A DNA stretch of 64,000 nucleotides from an uncultured Verrucomicrobiae bacterium (GCA_963812605.1 CAWEWF010000001.1:32001-96000), one strand, 5' to 3'; positions 40,136-50,896 are shown, counted from the stretch's first letter. Notes: generated by a model not told the origin, from the sequence alone. Translations and numbers: made by a program.

Positions 40136-40674
40136 CGCGCGTCGATTTTTTCCGCCGTGAGCACGTAGAGGCTGACCAGATAACCATCTTGCTTGGTTTC
40201 CCCCACATCGAATTGCCCGCGGATACGGATTACGTCGTCATAGAACTTCGTGGTCTGGCCCGGGGGCATCTTCACCACGACGATGTGATTGACGGCCGGC
40301 GGCTGGCCGTAGCAGCAACCCCAGAGCGACGGGACGAGCAGAAATTGCGTGATGTTCTTGACCTCGGTCAGCGGCATCATGAAGCCGACCATCTCCACGT
40401 TCTTTTTGTCCAGCGCCTTGATGAATGCCGGGATCGGGGTCTTGCCTTCTATGTACGTCCAGCTTTTCAACGTGTCGAACTCCAGCTTTTGATACCGCGG
40501 ATCGGCATCCGCCGCTACAGCCGGCGCCGCATTCGCCACTTCCAACTTTGCCTGCTTGCGCTGCATAAGCTGTTGTTGAAGCATGCTGGCCAGGCCCGGT
40601 AACAGGAGTAAACCTATCACCGCAGCGCCCATACCGAAGGATTTCAACTGCTGTTTTTTCATGGCAATGATCAT
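40132..40674 (-). CDS. DUF3299 family protein (ZrgD-like)
   Basis: LDKKNVEMVGFMMPL, FLLVP, CCYGQPPAVNHIVVV; N-terminal membrane anchor. Confidence 0.85.
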   Translation of the reverse strand: MIIAMKKQQLKSFGMGAAVIGLLLLPGLASMLQQQLMQRKQAKLEVANAAPAVAADADPRYQKLEFDTLKSWTYIEGKTPIPAFIKALDKKNVEMVGFMMPLTEVKNITQFLLVPSLWGCCYGQPPAVNHIVVVKMPPGQTTKFYDDVIRIRGQFDVGETKQDGYLVSLYVLTAEKIDAR

Positions 40675-40686
40675 GGACACGCGTTC

Positions 40687-42054
40687 CTAACTGCTCGGCG
40701 CAAGGTTCTTCGCGACATCGGTGCGATACGCACCCCATGCCGGGCCGATCCCACTGATGGCGCCCAGTATAACCGCTACGGCAAGAATATACCACTCCAA
40801 TGCCTGCATGTGAAATGCCGGAATGACAAATCCTGAAGCCCGGTAAAGGGCCCCATTGGCCGCCGCCACGACCAAATGCCCGCCCAACAGGCCGGCCGCC
40901 GCGCCCACTATGCAAATGGCCATGGCCTCCAGCAGAACGATAGAGAAAATCGTCGCCCGCCGCGCGCCCAGCGCGCGCAAAATGGCAATCTCACGCCGCC
41001 GTTCGCTCATCGAGTTGTAGATCGACACGGCAATGGCCACGCCCGCGACGACCAGAACCAAAATTGCCTGAGCAAAGAGAAGGCGGTCAATATTGCCAAC
41101 GATATCGAATAACTTGCGAATCTCCGCCGCCGGGAATGCCGCCATCGCATCCTCACGGTCGTTGATCTCGCGATACAACGGGAATGCGTGGATCGGACTT
41201 CGCAACTTGAGCACGATTGAGGAAACCTGGCCGGGATCCGGATCGTTGTCTTTCTCTTCCACCTTCGCCGGCGCGGTTGGTTCCCGGAGTTCGTGCCCTT
41301 CGATGTGATAAAAACTGTCGAGGTTGATGTAGATTGCCCGATCGGCGGCGGTGCGTGTTGGCGCGAGAATACCGACAACCGTCCATGGGTTTTCCGTGTG
41401 CTCCTTGGCTTCCGCGGACGGCTGCACGCCGTGCGCGGCGATGAACGTCTGACCGATCTGCAAACCGGTCTGTTGGGCGACCGTCGAACCGATCACCGCC
41501 TCGAAGGGGCGGCTGGCCGGCATACCCTCCGCCACAGGCGCCGGTTTGACTTCCTCACCACGCTCCCTGGCCTCTCGCTCTTTTGCCCGCTGCTCGGCTT
41601 CCTGGAACGCGCCCTTCAAGGCCGCTTCGGTAAAGGTGAAAACGCGCCCGGCCGCCAACTCGGGTTTGCGGCCCGGTTCGAATTCGAAGTCTTTAAAAAA
41701 CGCGTCGGTGGTGCCGACAATGCGGAAGCCGTGGAAGTTGTCGCCGACCGAGAATGGCACGGCGAGCTTCACGCGCGGGTCGGCGCGCAACTGTTCGAAT
41801 AATTTCCAGGAAATGTTTCCCGGTGAAATATCGAGATTGTACACGGTGTTGAGGACCAACTGCAATGGGCTGCCCTTGGCGCCCACGACCATTTCGTAGC
41901 CGACAGTGCCCTGCTCGAACCGCTGCTGCACGCCCTGTTTGATTAGGACAATCGCCACCGCCAGGGCCACGCCCAACGCCACCGACGTGCCCGTCAGCCA
42001 CGTGGCCAGCGCGCGCTGGCGCATGTTCTTCATTACGATTTTCATCAAATTCAT
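40687..42054 (-). CDS. MacB/FtsX-type ABC permease (ZrgC-like)
   Basis: VVGAKGSPLQLVL, AVPFSVGDNFHGFRIVGT, AHG...EH, ERRREIAILRALGA. Confidence 0.88.
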   Translation of the reverse strand: MNLMKIVMKNMRQRALATWLTGTSVALGVALAVAIVLIKQGVQQRFEQGTVGYEMVVGAKGSPLQLVLNTVYNLDISPGNISWKLFEQLRADPRVKLAVPFSVGDNFHGFRIVGTTDAFFKDFEFEPGRKPELAAGRVFTFTEAALKGAFQEAEQRAKEREARERGEEVKPAPVAEGMPASRPFEAVIGSTVAQQTGLQIGQTFIAAHGVQPSAEAKEHTENPWTVVGILAPTRTAADRAIYINLDSFYHIEGHELREPTAPAKVEEKDNDPDPGQVSSIVLKLRSPIHAFPLYREINDREDAMAAFPAAEIRKLFDIVGNIDRLLFAQAILVLVVAGVAIAVSIYNSMSERRREIAILRALGARRATIFSIVLLEAMAICIVGAAAGLLGGHLVVAAANGALYRASGFVIPAFHMQALEWYILAVAVILGAISGIGPAWGAYRTDVAKNLAPSS

Positions 42055-42713
42055 CGCAAATCCTCCAGACGAACGATTTTTTCAAAGCTCTTCATTACCT
42101 GCGGGTCGTGGGTGACCAAAAGTAGCGTGTGCTTGCCCTCGGTACAAACCCGGCGCAGCAACTCCAGCACCGCCATGCCATTCTTGGCATCAAGACTGCC
42201 GGTGGGTTCATCGGCCAATACCAGCGGCGGCGCGTTGGCCAGCGCGCGGGCGATGGCCACACGTTGCTGTTCGCCAACTGACAGCGCGCGCGGCTTGTGA
42301 TGCAGGCGCTGTTCAAGGCCGACGCTCTTCAACAATTGGATTGCGCGATCCATGCCGCCATTTCCCCCGCCGAACATCTGGCCCAAGAGCACGTTTTCCA
42401 GCGCGGTGAATCCTTGCAGCAGGTTGAACGATTGGAACACGTACCCGATGTTGGCGGCCCGAAATCGGTCACGCGCCGCTTCACTGAGTTTGGTGGGATC
42501 CGTGCCGTTGACCATGATCTCCCCCTTGTCCGGCAGGAGGATGCCCGCGATCAGGTTCAGCAGCGTGCTCTTGCCTGAGCCGCTCTGCCCGACCAACACG
42601 GTTTGTTCGCCCGCGCCCAGTGCGAACTGTCGCACATTGACCACTTCCAGCAGATTGCCGTCCGCTTCGCGGAAGCTCTTGCTGACATTACGTAATGCTA
42701 ATATTTCATTCAT
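42051..42713 (-). CDS. LolD/MacB-type ABC ATPase (ZrgB-like)
   Basis: GQSGSGKST, IGYVFQSFNL, LSVGEQQRVAIARAL, ADEPTGSLD, VTHD. Confidence 0.92.
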   Translation of the reverse strand: MNEILALRNVSKSFREADGNLLEVVNVRQFALGAGEQTVLVGQSGSGKSTLLNLIAGILLPDKGEIMVNGTDPTKLSEAARDRFRAANIGYVFQSFNLLQGFTALENVLLGQMFGGGNGGMDRAIQLLKSVGLEQRLHHKPRALSVGEQQRVAIARALANAPPLVLADEPTGSLDAKNGMAVLELLRRVCTEGKHTLLLVTHDPQVMKSFEKIVRLEDLR

Positions 42714-42729
42714 CAGTTGCCCTCACGGT

Positions 42730-43214
42730 TCACGGTTGGGCGCGTGTCGCGCCGGATGTCTTTACAGCCGCATTTCGGTTTGTAACCAATTCATTATATT
42801 TGCGAATGCTGGCATTTAGGTCAGCCGCCAGTTGCTCGATCCGGGCGTTGGCTTCCTTCATGCGCTCATCGCGCACGGCCACGGCATTCGCCCAGTTCGT
42901 GATCGCGCCCTTGAGTTGATCCCGCTCCAGCACCAACTGCTCGTTGGTGCTTTCGGCGGACACCACCTTTTGCTCCGCCTGGGAGCGAAGCGACTTTGTT
43001 CGTTGCCGAGTGAAGTCTTGAGCTGGCCCAAATCCTCATTCAACCCCTTCAGCAGATTCGCTTGTTCGTCGATTTTGGCAGTCTGCTGCAGCCGCACCTG
43101 ATCCAGGCGGCTGATCTCGAGATTCAAGCGCCGATCACGCTGCCACTGGGCGATGCACAATGCCGCCAGCGCAAGAACACCAAACAAATTCACGTATTTC
43201 AGCCGTTCCTTCAT
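42730..43214 (-). CDS. Membrane-anchored coiled-coil hypothetical protein; frameshift near 42980
   Basis: N-terminal TM (NLFGVLALAALCIAQW), heptad-rich helix continuing into ORF 42730..42966. Confidence 0.65.
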
Positions 43215-43642
43215 GGTCGCGTGGAGGTCGGCTCGCGGATTTCGAAGGCCACCTTCTGGATGCCGGTCGAGCGCACCAGATCCAGGACGTGAACGACAGC
43301 GCCGTAGCGGACATCCTGATCGCCGCTGATGAACACGCGGACGTTCTCATTCGTGTGGTGCCAGGCATTCAGCCGCAACACCAACTCATTCGCGCCGACG
43401 GGCTGTTTGTCCAAATACACCGCCCCGGCCTTGTCCACGGAGATGCTCGCGAAATCGTTCTTCGTCTCGAGCGTCGCCGTGGTGGCCGTCGGCAGGTTCA
43501 CCTTGACGCTTTTCAGGTTCACCATGCTCAGGCTCACCAGCATGAAACTGGCGAGCAGAAAGAACATGATGTCGATCAACGGGATGATCTCAATCCGCGC
43601 TTCGGATTCCGACGATTGTTTGGGGCCAAGTTTAACGGGCAT
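43211..43642 (-). CDS. exbD: Biopolymer transporter ExbD
   Basis: ARIEIIPLIDIMFFLL, VNLP, GD....YG..V.VLD. Confidence 0.92.
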   Translation of the reverse strand: MPVKLGPKQSSESEARIEIIPLIDIMFFLLASFMLVSLSMVNLKSVKVNLPTATTATLETKNDFASISVDKAGAVYLDKQPVGANELVLRLNAWHHTNENVRVFISGDQDVRYGAVVHVLDLVRSTGIQKVAFEIREPTSTRP

Positions 43643-43657
43643 GATGCAGCGTCCCGG

Positions 43658-44368
43658 TTAGGATTTGGGGCTGGCGACGGATTCCACCCGATTCTGAAGG
43701 TTTCGGGCGCGTCGGCCGGAAAAAGCCTCCAGATCGTGCCCGTGGTGCTTGGCGGATTCGACCAGCAATTCGACATGATTGATGGTCTGTTCGAGCCGGG
43801 ACCGGTACCGCGCCAGCCGGCGATTGTAAAAATTGAATGGTAACAGGCAGAGAATCGCCGTGCTCAAACCGCAGGCCGTCGCAATCAACGCCTCAGCGAT
43901 GCCGCCGCTGACCTTCACCGCCGCCAGTTCCTCCTGGCCAACGAAGCTAAACGAACGCATAATACCCGTGACCGTGCCCAGCAAGCCCAACAGCGGCGCC
44001 AGCGTGACCAACGTGCCCAGCACCCAGACGTATTTTTCGGCCTTCTCGATTTCGTCATTGGCCCGCAATTGCATCGCGCCCAGCAACGATGTATGGGCGT
44101 GAAGCAGACCTTCATGCACCACGCTCAAGAATGGATCATCCGTGGCGTCCGTCAGTCGCACGGCGCGGTCAAAATCACCGTTGGCGATGGCATCGAACGC
44201 GTCGCTCAACGCCTTTGCGTTGGCGCGATGGCGCAGATTGGTCCACCACATCGCCCGTTCCATGATGACGACCAGCGCCCCGAGGAAAGTGAGGAGAATC
44301 GGCCACATGACCGGTCCGCCTTTGATGAAGAAGTCCACGACAACATTGGCCAGGATGGGATGTATCAT
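43658..44368 (-). CDS. exbB: MotA/TolQ/ExbB proton channel protein
   Basis: [34 protein letters not shown]. Confidence 0.9.
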   Translation of the reverse strand: MIHPILANVVVDFFIKGGPVMWPILLTFLGALVVIMERAMWWTNLRHRANAKALSDAFDAIANGDFDRAVRLTDATDDPFLSVVHEGLLHAHTSLLGAMQLRANDEIEKAEKYVWVLGTLVTLAPLLGLLGTVTGIMRSFSFVGQEELAAVKVSGGIAEALIATACGLSTAILCLLPFNFYNRRLARYRSRLEQTINHVELLVESAKHHGHDLEAFSGRRARNLQNRVESVASPKS

Positions 44369-44387
44369 AATTTGGGCATTCTCTTTT

Positions 44388-45122
44388 TCATTCCGTTGCG
44401 ATTTCAAAACGAATGGCCACGTCATAAACGCGCAGGTCGCCGGGCGGAAATCGCCACTGCTGGCGAACAGCCCGCAGGGCGGCTTCGTTAAGCAACGGCC
44501 AGGGACAAGGCTGGGTCGCTTCCGCCGAGCTGACCTGGCCGTTTTCTCCAACAACCAGCCGAACGACGACCGTTCCCTCTTGATGTTGCTGAATGGCTTG
44601 CACGGGATATTGCGGCGAAGGCTGTCGGCCTTCCCCCTGGCCAAACGTGAGTCTTTGGACAGCCGGCGTTGCCGGTGAGGATGGCCTGGCATACGTTGCC
44701 TGATTGAACGGGACGACGCGTGTCGGGCCTTCCACGGGGACTGCGAACGCGATGGCCGCAGACGGTTGGGCAACGGCAATTGGCGGCGGGGCCATGGCGT
44801 CCGCGGGTAATGGCACAGAAGGCGAAGGATTGCCCGGCGAACGCTCGTTTTCGGGAGCAACCTCCGGCGCGTTTTTCAATTCCACGACCAGCCTTTCAAC
44901 TTTGACGGAATCAGCCGCTTTGACAGGGCGATGGGGACGCGCATACGGCAGTAGGAATCCGAGCACCCCAACCGCCAGACAGACAACCCAGACCACGAAG
45001 GTCAATACGGGAGCGAGCGGCGTATCATCGTTCGGCTCAAAACCGATGTGGGCCATCAGGTTCGTCGGGCGCGCCGCTGTCGGCGACCCGACGACCTGGG
45101 TTGTTCCGGTGGCGATCACCAT
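44388..45122 (-). CDS. tonB: Energy transducer TonB
   Basis: TM anchor, Pro-rich linker, PQYPVQA...EGTV...G.V...L..AA......WRF.P. Confidence 0.88.
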   Translation of the reverse strand: MVIATGTTQVVGSPTAARPTNLMAHIGFEPNDDTPLAPVLTFVVWVVCLAVGVLGFLLPYARPHRPVKAADSVKVERLVVELKNAPEVAPENERSPGNPSPSVPLPADAMAPPPIAVAQPSAAIAFAVPVEGPTRVVPFNQATYARPSSPATPAVQRLTFGQGEGRQPSPQYPVQAIQQHQEGTVVVRLVVGENGQVSSAEATQPCPWPLLNEAALRAVRQQWRFPPGDLRVYDVAIRFEIATE

Positions 45123-45140
45123 GCTATCTTTGTATCCTTT

Positions 45141-47651
45141 TTAGAACTCATAGCCAAGCGAGCCGAAGATGCCGCGGCGTTCGCCGAATTGGGCGGCATT
45201 GACGCCGACGCCACTGCCAGTGCGCAGTTCGTAAACATTGTCGGTCACGTTGACAACATCAAGGCGCGCTTTCAACGTCCGTTTCTTGCCCAAGTTGAAG
45301 CTTTGTTCAACGCCGAGGTTTACCGAGTAGTAGGGCGGAACAGAGTCCCCATTAGGAATACCACTCGCCCCCGTGGTTCGCAATCCGCTGCCGTAAAGCG
45401 CGTCCACAAAGGCCCGTGTACCCCCGTTGGACTCTCTCCAAAGGTAGGACGCGCCAAAGGAGCCGCTCACGGTCTGGTCGTGATCCAGAAAGATCCAATG
45501 AGTTTTCACATAGTCCGCGTCAGTCGGACTGAAGAGGAACTGCGACGAATTCCAGTCTTTGCCCTCCGCCCTGGAAACCGCGACGTTGGCGTACGTAGAC
45601 AGTCCGTTGGTAATGTATGACGTGGTGAATTCCACCCCGTAAACGCGGCCCTCGGCGTAGTTGAATGCCGAGAGGATGAGCGTCTGCCCAAACAATCCAT
45701 CGTCGAGTTGGTTGTGGGCGTACTTGTAATAACCGTCCACTCCCCATTGCAATGAGGGCAGCAGCTTTTGGCTCACGCCGGCGTCGAAATAATTCGCGCG
45801 CTCGGCTTTGACCGCATTATTTGGCGCATTCGGGCCGGCCGGGGATTCGTTCGACGTCCCGTCAAACTTATTCACGCTGTTACCCGATACGCCCTCAATA
45901 GGCGGCGGTGTGAAATAACGGGCGTATCCCGCGTGCAAGATAGTCGTGTCCGTGATTTGATAAATGAGGTTGGCGCGTGGGCTGAGCTGGTTTTCGTCGT
46001 CAAACGATGAGTTAAAAACATCGAATCGCGCGCCGAAATTAAGCGTCAACTTGGGCACGATTTTCCATTCATCCTGCAGGTACACACCGTAAAACTGGCC
46101 ATGGAGGGTGTGGTCGTCCACGATGGGAAACGCAGGCCCTGTCGGATTGAATGTAGCGGGGTCAGTGCTGTCCATTGGGAACACCGTCGTGGTCGAATTA
46201 GCGATGACGGTTTCATCCAGCAACGAGAAGCCGAAACGAAGCGTGTGCTGCTCGTTGAGGATATAACTGGCGTCGGTTTGCAGTCCCCCGGAATATAGCT
46301 TCCGGTCCACGTCGCTGGCCACCCCGTTGAAGAACAGGTCGCCGCTCGTGTTCGGGTTGCTGTTATTATCCGGAACGAAATGCACGCTGCTGTTGCGCGC
46401 ATAGGCGGAAACTTGAAAATTCAAATCGCCCGCCGATTTCTGATAGGTAACCACACCGTAATAATTCTGCTCGTTCTGATTCTCGTTCAAATCTGCTGAG
46501 TTGAAGGTCGCCGGCCCGCCGGTTGAGTTCCACGGCGCCCCACCGGGAGCGGTTCCCACCGGCACACCCGGAGTGTTGGGAATCTCAAAATCACTGTACG
46601 ACGCGCTCCCAATGAAGTTGAGCCGGCTCGTGTCATCCAGGATATAAGAGAGATACACGAACGCCCTGCCCTGATCCGTGGTATCGTGGATGGGAATCGC
46701 GCTGGCCGTTGGATTTTCAATGCCGATGCCGTTGTGATCGTAGCTGCCATCGACGAAGTAGCTCAGTTTTCCCTCCGTGCCGCCGAGCTCAAAACTGGGA
46801 CGAATTGTGTCGTAACTGCCACCATACATTTCCACCTCGCCGCCCTGGTCGAACGCGCCACTTTTCGTCTGGATGTCCACGACGCCTGCGGTGCGGAAAC
46901 CGTATTGTGCCGGCAAGGCACCGGTAATGAGCCGCACGTTTTCCACAAAACGCGGGTCAAGTTCCAATCCAAACCCCGAGATGCCTTCCGGCAATAGCAC
47001 GTCGTTGATGCGATATTGCAAATTAGCGTGCTCGCCACGAACATGCAAATCTCCATTCGCCTCTGCGTCCTGCGCCACACCCGGCGCGCGCAGGATCACC
47101 TGGCTGAACGGCGCGTTGTCACCTTGCGACACTGATTGAATCTGCTCCTTGCTGATGGAATAAGCCGTCGCCCCCAAATCCGGTAGAATCTGACTGCGCG
47201 CCTGGTCCAGTCTGCCATACACGGTCACTTCCGGTAGCTTGGTTGCATTACTTACATTGGTGGCACTTTCGGAACTCACCGGCGCGGATACAACCTCCGG
47301 CTTGTTGGTTTCGACTGGTGCTGGAGGAAGCGCAGTCGCTGGATTGTTGGTTTGAGCTGTTTCCCGGGGAGGCGAGGCCGGTGGATTGTCGGTCTGTGCT
47401 GGTGCGGGAGCAAGTGCGGCGGGTGCTGGATTGTTGGTTTGGCCCGTTTCCGGCGCGGGCGAGGTTGATGGATTGTTGGTTTGTGCTGGCGTTTCCACTA
47501 ATCCAGCGGTCGGTGGATTGTCGGTTTGAGCCAGAAGGGCGCGGTTGTAAACCACGGAAGTTATCACGACAACGGCGAAACAGGCCCGGGCGTGATGGGG
47601 ACACACCCATCCGCTCAGCCGGACGGCATGTTGCTTGAAGTTCGATTTCAT
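45141..47651 (-). CDS. TonB-dependent receptor with repetitive N-terminal extension
   Basis: TonB box-like LPEVTVYG, plug 'APGV..LHVRGEH..QYRIND..GALPAQYG..AGVVDI', 'LDHDQ', NVTD, terminal YEF. Confidence 0.93.
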   Translation of the reverse strand: MKSNFKQHAVRLSGWVCPHHARACFAVVVITSVVYNRALLAQTDNPPTAGLVETPAQTNNPSTSPAPETGQTNNPAPAALAPAPAQTDNPPASPPRETAQTNNPATALPPAPVETNKPEVVSAPVSSESATNVSNATKLPEVTVYGRLDQARSQILPDLGATAYSISKEQIQSVSQGDNAPFSQVILRAPGVAQDAEANGDLHVRGEHANLQYRINDVLLPEGISGFGLELDPRFVENVRLITGALPAQYGFRTAGVVDIQTKSGAFDQGGEVEMYGGSYDTIRPSFELGGTEGKLSYFVDGSYDHNGIGIENPTASAIPIHDTTDQGRAFVYLSYILDDTSRLNFIGSASYSDFEIPNTPGVPVGTAPGGAPWNSTGGPATFNSADLNENQNEQNYYGVVTYQKSAGDLNFQVSAYARNSSVHFVPDNNSNPNTSGDLFFNGVASDVDRKLYSGGLQTDASYILNEQHTLRFGFSLLDETVIANSTTTVFPMDSTDPATFNPTGPAFPIVDDHTLHGQFYGVYLQDEWKIVPKLTLNFGARFDVFNSSFDDENQLSPRANLIYQITDTTILHAGYARYFTPPPIEGVSGNSVNKFDGTSNESPAGPNAPNNAVKAERANYFDAGVSQKLLPSLQWGVDGYYKYAHNQLDDGLFGQTLILSAFNYAEGRVYGVEFTTSYITNGLSTYANVAVSRAEGKDWNSSQFLFSPTDADYVKTHWIFLDHDQTVSGSFGASYLWRESNGGTRAFVDALYGSGLRTTGASGIPNGDSVPPYYSVNLGVEQSFNLGKKRTLKARLDVVNVTDNVYELRTGSGVGVNAAQFGERRGIFGSLGYEF
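47301..47531 (-). repeat. Intragenic ~14-15-aa tandem repeats (A/G)QT(N/D)NP in the receptor N-terminus
   Basis: GGATTG(T/C)(T/C)GGT(T/C)TG recurs about five times, plus a degenerate sixth (VETNKP). Confidence 0.75.
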
Positions 47652-47811
47652 TCTCAATTCCCATAAAGATCTCGTCTCCCGATCTAGCAGGCTTGCCAGC
47701 CTGTAACGTGAACAGGAGAAACCTTTAAATTTTCGATCGGTAAATGTCGTGCCCACGACCCCGCGGTCTCAAAGAGCGCTGGTTTCGAGGGGCGCGACCG
47801 GATTACGTGAG

Positions 47812-48099
47812 CTATGCCAGGGCGGCAGGCGGGGCGCGACTGGGGGAGAAAGAAAACGACGGGGCGGAATAGGAAATGAAATCGAAAACCTGTACCGGGG
47901 TTTCTAGGAGACAACCGAAAATGAGCGGCACGATATTGGGAACATCCGTGACGGCGTTGAGTTGCCACTGGCACGCCGCGCAATCATCGTGTTCGCCGAC
48001 GGGGCACCGCTCGTGTTCGTGATGGTGCACCTCGCCGATGACCAGCGCCACGCTCAAGTAGAGCAGGCTGACCACGACGGTTGTGAAACGGTACTTCAT
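47812..48099 (-). CDS. DUF2946/CruR-like upstream ORF with His cluster, CxxC and RAPP arrest motif
   Basis: MKYRF-hydrophobic helix-HHHEHERC..EHDDCAAC...SRAPPAALA*, directly upstream of the TBDT gene. Confidence 0.8.
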   Translation of the reverse strand: MKYRFTTVVVSLLYLSVALVIGEVHHHEHERCPVGEHDDCAACQWQLNAVTDVPNIVPLIFGCLLETPVQVFDFISYSAPSFSFSPSRAPPAALA

Positions 48100-48136
48100 T
48101 ACGCCGGCGGGACTCTGAACTCGCCTTCGAGAAATG

Positions 48137-50890
48137 TCAAGGCGCATGCAGCGCAATCTCCGCGCGCACCAGGCCTTCGCTCGCGGAGTGCTGTAAACGG
48201 AATTTGAGCTTCTCGCAAACTGCCTGCATGCCAAGATTCTCCGGAAGAATTTCGGCGGTGATGCGTTGGAGTCCCTCTTCCCGGCCAACCTGCACCAGCC
48301 GCCGCAGCAATTCGGTGCCCAATCCACGACGCTGATAATCGTCGCGGATGAGCATGGAGAACTGCGCGTTACCAGTTCCGACTTCTTTGCTCAACCGACC
48401 GAGACCGAGAATCTTGCGCGCTGCCGTCCGCGGGTCCTGGTGCTCGGCCACCAGCGCAATCTCGCGGTCGTAATCGTTGAAGCAAATGCGCGTGAGCCGG
48501 TCATGTGCCACGCGCTGCCCGAGCGCGATCATATGGAAATAGCGCAGGTAGACACTCTCTTCCGATAGTGAATGGTGGAAGTCCACCATCAGCGGCTCAT
48601 CCTCGGGACGAATGGGACGGATGATAATCGGCGTGCCGTCTTTCATCTTTGCCCTGCTGATATATTGGGTTGGATAAGGCCGGATCGCGAGTTTCGGCAG
48701 GCTATCTTCGGTGACGTTCGGCCCGTGCAACACGACACGCGCGTCGAGCGCGACCAGGCGCTCGGGCGAGGCGAGCAACGGATTGATGTCGATCTCTTTG
48801 ATCCAGCGTTGTTCGATAACGAGTTGGCTGAAGCGCACCAGCAACTGCTCCAGCGCCACCAGATCAACCGGCGGCCGCCCGCGCACACCCTTCAGGGCCG
48901 TGAAGATGCGCGTGCGCTCCATCCAACGGCGCGCAAGCGTGACGTTCAACGGCGGCAGGGCCAGCGAACGGTCCTGGAAGACTTCCACGAGTTGCCCGCC
49001 CGCACCGAACAACAGCACCGGCCCAAATTGCGGGTCGAGACTGCTGCCGAGGATCAATTCGTAACCATCGAGTTTGATCATCGCCTGCACGGTCACGCCG
49101 AGGAAGTGTTTCGCGCCGGCTTTTTCGACCACCGATCTTTTAATCGCGGCGAACGCCTTCCTCACCGCCACAGCGTTGGCGAGGTCGAGCTTCACGCCTC
49201 CGACGTCCGTCTTGTGTGTGATCGTTTGGGAGTAGAGCTTCAGCACGACCGGATAGCCGATTCCTGACGCCAGTTTCACCGCCTCCGCCTCGTTTTTGGC
49301 AATCCGTGTTTCCACCGTGGGAATGCCGTACGCATCCAGGAGTTGTTTCGACTCAAATTCGGTGAGCAAAGTACGGCCGGATTTGCGCACGTCACGGATG
49401 AGCTGCGCGGCACGGGCTGTATCCGGTGCGTCGGCGTCTTTCCCGCCCGGCAAGGATGGCGTCTCATACAGCCCGTGCAACGCATACGTGTAACCCCACA
49501 TGTAGGCGAACACGCGGGCGGCTGTATCGGGATAGGGGAACGTCGGAATGTCCGCGCGATTGAGAATCTCCTCGCCCGTGGCGACATCCGCGCCACCCAT
49601 CCAGCTCGCGATCACAGGCTTGCCAAATGTTTTCGCGTACGGCTTCAATTGTTCCGCTGTCTGCGTCGCATCGGTCATGGCTTGGGGCGTAAGAATGATG
49701 AGCAGCCCGTCCGTCCGCGGGTCTTTCGCGGCGATTTCGAGCGCTTTGGCATAGCGCTCCGCTCCAGCGTCGCCCAGGACATCGATCGGATTATTGTGGC
49801 TCCACGCCGGCGGCAGAATCTGATTCAGTGCTTCCAGCGTCTCCTTCGACAACTCGGCGAGTTCACCACCGTTTGTGAGCAGGGCATCCACCGCCAACAC
49901 GCCGGGTCCGCCGGCGTTCGTGAGAATCGTCAAGCGCGGGCCCTTGGGACGTGGTTGTTTTGCCAGCACCTCGGCCATATAAAAGACCTCGGCAATGCTG
50001 TTGACGCGCAGCACGCCGCTGCGGCGAAAGGCGGCGTCGAGAACGTCGTCGCTGCCCGTCAGCGAACCCGTGTGCGAGGCAGCGGCCCTGGCAGCGCCTT
50101 CGCTGCGGCCCGGCTTGATGACGATGATTGGTTTTGAAAGCGCAACTTCGCGCGCGGCGGACAGAAATGCGCGGGCATCGCCAATCGTCTCCATATACAT
50201 GACAATGCTCCCGGTTTTCGGGTCGTCACCGAGATAATCGATGAGATCACCCCAGCCAACATCGAGCATGGAACCGACGGAAACGAAGGCGCTGAACCCG
50301 ACGTTCTCCCGCAGGCTCCAGTCGAGCACCGCGGTGCAGAGCGCGCCGCTCTGGCTGATGAAACCGACGCTGCCCGCACGCGCGATCCTGCCTGCAAAGG
50401 TGGCATTAAGTCCGCTCGGCGGGCGCATCACGCCGAGGCAGTTGGGGCCAATGATGCGCATACGGCCGCGGCGCGCTTCCTCCAGCACCCGCCGCTCCAA
50501 TTCGACACCAGCGGCGCCGGTTTCCTTGAATCCCGCGGAGATGATAATGGCGGCTTTCACGCCAGCCCCGACGCAATCAGCCATGATGCCGGGTACGGTC
50601 GACGCGGGCGTGACGATCACAGCGAGATCGACCGGCTTGGGAACGTCGGCGATTTTCGGGTAGGCGCGGATACCGAGCACGTTTGGGCGATTGGGATTCA
50701 CCGGGTAAACCGTGCCGCCGAACGGGCTGGTGATCAGGTTCCAAAGAATTGTCCGGCCCACGCTGCCCTCTTTTTCCGTGGCGCCGATGACCGCGACAGT
50801 GGTTGGCGAAAAGAAAACATCGAGCGGTCGCCGCTCCGCGCGAAGAACGTCTTGCGCCGGATCGGTGCTTGGTTTGTCGATGCGTCTCAT
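48137..50890 (-). CDS. NDP-forming acyl-CoA synthetase family protein fused to a C-terminal GNAT domain
   Basis: [77 protein letters not shown]. Confidence 0.93.
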   Translation of the reverse strand: MRRIDKPSTDPAQDVLRAERRPLDVFFSPTTVAVIGATEKEGSVGRTILWNLITSPFGGTVYPVNPNRPNVLGIRAYPKIADVPKPVDLAVIVTPASTVPGIMADCVGAGVKAAIIISAGFKETGAAGVELERRVLEEARRGRMRIIGPNCLGVMRPPSGLNATFAGRIARAGSVGFISQSGALCTAVLDWSLRENVGFSAFVSVGSMLDVGWGDLIDYLGDDPKTGSIVMYMETIGDARAFLSAAREVALSKPIIVIKPGRSEGAARAAASHTGSLTGSDDVLDAAFRRSGVLRVNSIAEVFYMAEVLAKQPRPKGPRLTILTNAGGPGVLAVDALLTNGGELAELSKETLEALNQILPPAWSHNNPIDVLGDAGAERYAKALEIAAKDPRTDGLLIILTPQAMTDATQTAEQLKPYAKTFGKPVIASWMGGADVATGEEILNRADIPTFPYPDTAARVFAYMWGYTYALHGLYETPSLPGGKDADAPDTARAAQLIRDVRKSGRTLLTEFESKQLLDAYGIPTVETRIAKNEAEAVKLASGIGYPVVLKLYSQTITHKTDVGGVKLDLANAVAVRKAFAAIKRSVVEKAGAKHFLGVTVQAMIKLDGYELILGSSLDPQFGPVLLFGAGGQLVEVFQDRSLALPPLNVTLARRWMERTRIFTALKGVRGRPPVDLVALEQLLVRFSQLVIEQRWIKEIDINPLLASPERLVALDARVVLHGPNVTEDSLPKLAIRPYPTQYISRAKMKDGTPIIIRPIRPEDEPLMVDFHHSLSEESVYLRYFHMIALGQRVAHDRLTRICFNDYDREIALVAEHQDPRTAARKILGLGRLSKEVGTGNAQFSMLIRDDYQRRGLGTELLRRLVQVGREEGLQRITAEILPENLGMQAVCEKLKFRLQHSASEGLVRAEIALHAP

Positions 50891-50896
50891 GTCTCG

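Noticed and set aside
47652-48140. Zur/Fur box or riboswitch upstream of the TonB-dependent receptor
   Set aside because: No convincing AT-rich palindrome or cobalamin/TPP riboswitch core seen; only short hairpins such as CAGGCT-TGCC-AGCCTG at 47688-47703. An Rfam scan would settle it.
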